A stretch of DNA of 64,000 bases from an uncultured Thermoprotei archaeon (GTDB lineage: Archaea; Thermoproteota; Thermoprotei; Thermofilales; B15-G2): assembly GCA_965367815.1 (NCBI GenBank), contig CBDUKN010000016.1, positions 1-64,000 on the forward strand. Direction: 5' to 3'. A program made the position numbers and the translations under genes. Position 1 is the first letter of the stretch. Each line of letters opens with the position of its first letter. The notes below the pieces were generated by a model. The model did not search any database, was not told the origin of the DNA, and saw nothing but the letters and a program-made list of their open reading frames with translations. Positions 62,011 through 64,000 of the stretch are shown one piece after another.

Positions 62011-62241
62011 ATGAGTGAAGTAATAAAGGCGGAGATCAATAGGGCACTGGCGCTTAGATTTAGGAAAAAGGCTATGGAAATTTACGGTTATAGAAAGGGG
62101 GCTCTTAAGCTAGCGCTAGAAGATATTATTAGCAGATTTGTATATGAGGGAGAAGCAAACTGGGGAGAGCTTCAAGGTAAGCTCAAAATTAAAAAGACTT
62201 CTGTAGAGCTTCAGCACGAAGCTTGGAGAAAAGTTGATTAA
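62011..62241 (+). CDS. RHH-type antitoxin
   Basis: FRKKAMEIYGYRKGAL..ALED and KTSVELQHE; directly upstream of the PIN gene. Confidence 0.8.
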   Translation: MSEVIKAEINRALALRFRKKAMEIYGYRKGALKLALEDIISRFVYEGEANWGELQGKLKIKKTSVELQHEAWRKVD

Positions 62242-62243
62242 CT

Positions 62244-62639
62244 ATGTTACTGGTAGACACTTGTATATTCCTCGAATTACTTTTAAATCAAAGTAGAGCT
62301 CAGGAGTGCAGAGAATTTCTTGATAAAATTGCTAGAGGAGAGTTAGAAGCTATAGTTACTACATTCACTATTCATGCAATTGAAGCTATTATTAAAGAAG
62401 CTGATACAATTTTAAGTTTTTTAAGAAACATATTGGCGTCAAAAGGATTATATGTGTATGTTACAACTATTTCAGATGAAATTGCAGCAGCTATATTAAT
62501 GAGCAAAATAAAAAGAGATTTCGATGACACATTACATTATTATGTTGCAAAAAAGCTTGGAGTCGAGGCAATAGTAAGTTTTGATAAACATTTTGGTGGA
62601 TTAGATATTCTCAGAAAAGAGCCCCAAGATTATCTTTAA
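62244..62639 (+). CDS. vapC: PIN-domain toxin (VapC)
   Basis: LVDTCIFLE, DFDDTLHY, IVSFDKHF. Confidence 0.9.
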   Translation: MLLVDTCIFLELLLNQSRAQECREFLDKIARGELEAIVTTFTIHAIEAIIKEADTILSFLRNILASKGLYVYVTTISDEIAAAILMSKIKRDFDDTLHYYVAKKLGVEAIVSFDKHFGGLDILRKEPQDYL

Positions 62640-62753
62640 TTGAAAGCATTTAAGTGTTTTATTTAACCTGAGCTATACTCTATTTAAAGCTACAATCTGT
62701 CTTAATTTTACTGAATCAACTGAGACAATTTTTAATATTGTCTGCCTACAAAT

Positions 62754-63959
62754 ATGTCTGTAATGACTATTAGAGCAAATTTGTTGCTTGTAAGGTACGG
62801 TGAAATTACCTTAAAGTCTCCTGAAGTGCGAAGTCGAATGGAAGCAAAACTAGTTAGAAATATTAAACTTCAGCTAAATTTAAAGAAAATCTACGACTAT
62901 ACTATTAGGAGAGAGCCTGGAAGAATTTTTATTTATACTGATGAAGTAGATGCTTGCCGAGAAGTCTTACGTAAAGTTTTCGGCGTAGTATCTTTTAGTC
63001 CTGCCGTCGAAGTCGAGAAAGACTTGTCTGCCATAAGGGAAGCTGTACTTAAAGCAGCTGAAGTTATTTTAAGCGAAGGCATGAGCTTCAGTATTCGGGC
63101 ACGGAGATCAGATAAAGCTTTCGAGTACAGCAGCAAACAGCTAGAAGAAATCCTTGGAGCCGACGTTCTAGAGCATATTAAAGGAGTTAAAGTAAACTTA
63201 GATAACCCAGATAAAACAATATACGTTGAAGTAAGAGGAGAATCAGCTTACATTTTCTACGAAGTAGTCCCGGGGCCCGGCGGTCTTCCCTATGGGGTAG
63301 AAGGAAAAGTAGTAGCACTTATTTCAGGGGGCGTCGACAGTACGGTTGCTGCGTGGATGGTAATGAAGAGAGGGTGTAGTTTAGTGCCAGTACACTTTGA
63401 TATGAGTCCTTTCTACGGCGAAGACGCTAAAGAAAGAGCTATTTCCGTCCTCAAGTGGCTTAGAGACTGGGTTTCAGAGAGAAAGTGGAGAGCATATATT
63501 GTGCCTCTAGGAGAAGTCCACGAAAACATAGACATTACGCCTCGCTACCGCTGTCTTTTATGCAAACTGCTAATGCTTAAAGTAGGCGAGAAAATAGCTG
63601 AACTAGAAAAAGCTAAAGCAGTAGTTACTGGAGAAAGCTTAGGGCAAGTAGCCACCCAAACACTAGACAATCTCTACTTTCTAACGACCAAAGTAAATAT
63701 ACCCGTTTTTAGACCAGTCTTAACTTATGATAAAAACGAGATATTAGACTACGCTAGAAAAATAGGTGTAGCTGAAATATCTGACAGGAAAGTAGAATCA
63801 TGTACATTAAGCCCTAAAAAGAAAGGTTATCGCGTAGTAACACATGCATCGGAGAAAACAGTCTACGCCATAGAAAAGGCTCTAAAGGAAAGTACTTACG
63901 GATCTCTTGAGAAGATTATTGAGTATCTTGTTTCAAAGACAAAAGTACTTAACCTTTAA
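62754..63959 (+). CDS. thiI: tRNA 4-thiouridine synthase ThiI
   Basis: VRYGEITLKS, THUMP domain, GGLPYG, SGGVDS PP-loop, RCLLCK, TGESLGQVATQT; no rhodanese domain. Confidence 0.93.
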   Translation: MSVMTIRANLLLVRYGEITLKSPEVRSRMEAKLVRNIKLQLNLKKIYDYTIRREPGRIFIYTDEVDACREVLRKVFGVVSFSPAVEVEKDLSAIREAVLKAAEVILSEGMSFSIRARRSDKAFEYSSKQLEEILGADVLEHIKGVKVNLDNPDKTIYVEVRGESAYIFYEVVPGPGGLPYGVEGKVVALISGGVDSTVAAWMVMKRGCSLVPVHFDMSPFYGEDAKERAISVLKWLRDWVSERKWRAYIVPLGEVHENIDITPRYRCLLCKLLMLKVGEKIAELEKAKAVVTGESLGQVATQTLDNLYFLTTKVNIPVFRPVLTYDKNEILDYARKIGVAEISDRKVESCTLSPKKKGYRVVTHASEKTVYAIEKALKESTYGSLEKIIEYLVSKTKVLNL

Positions 63960-64000
63960 TATTTTTTGACAAGTTCTCGTCAAGTGAATGAAGTAGCTTA

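Overview
AT-rich archaeal chromosomal DNA, most consistent with a (hyper)thermophilic Thermoproteota (Thermofilales-like) organism. That assignment is inferred from the form III RuBisCO, archaeal ThyA/ThrB/ThiI/UbaA, PaREP1, class III signal peptides, C/D-box sRNAs and leaderless TATA promoters. Intact housekeeping and metabolic genes (thyA, nfnAB/sudAB, thrB, pflX, rbcL, FGGY kinase, GH3, two URO-D-family and two alkaline-phosphatase-family paralogs, ubaA, thiI) alternate with a heavily decaying accessory fraction. That fraction includes about nine VapBC-type toxin-antitoxin loci, broken ABC exporters, two type IV pilin relics, a GH4 relic and a surface-protein relic. Features the ORF track does not show: five C/D-box sRNA candidates, a GC-rich kink-turn RNA resembling an atypical ACA-less H/ACA guide, and operator palindromes. 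Most notable unknowns: repeated 'acidic secreted protein + basic membrane-anchored partner' cassettes (with a decayed third partner copy), a secreted protein with an amphipathic beta-hairpin, and a 1462-aa single-pass protein with a duplicated cytoplasmic module and a C-terminal hydrophobic hairpin. No tRNA, rRNA, CRISPR array or transposase was recognised. All calls are by eye, with no database searches.
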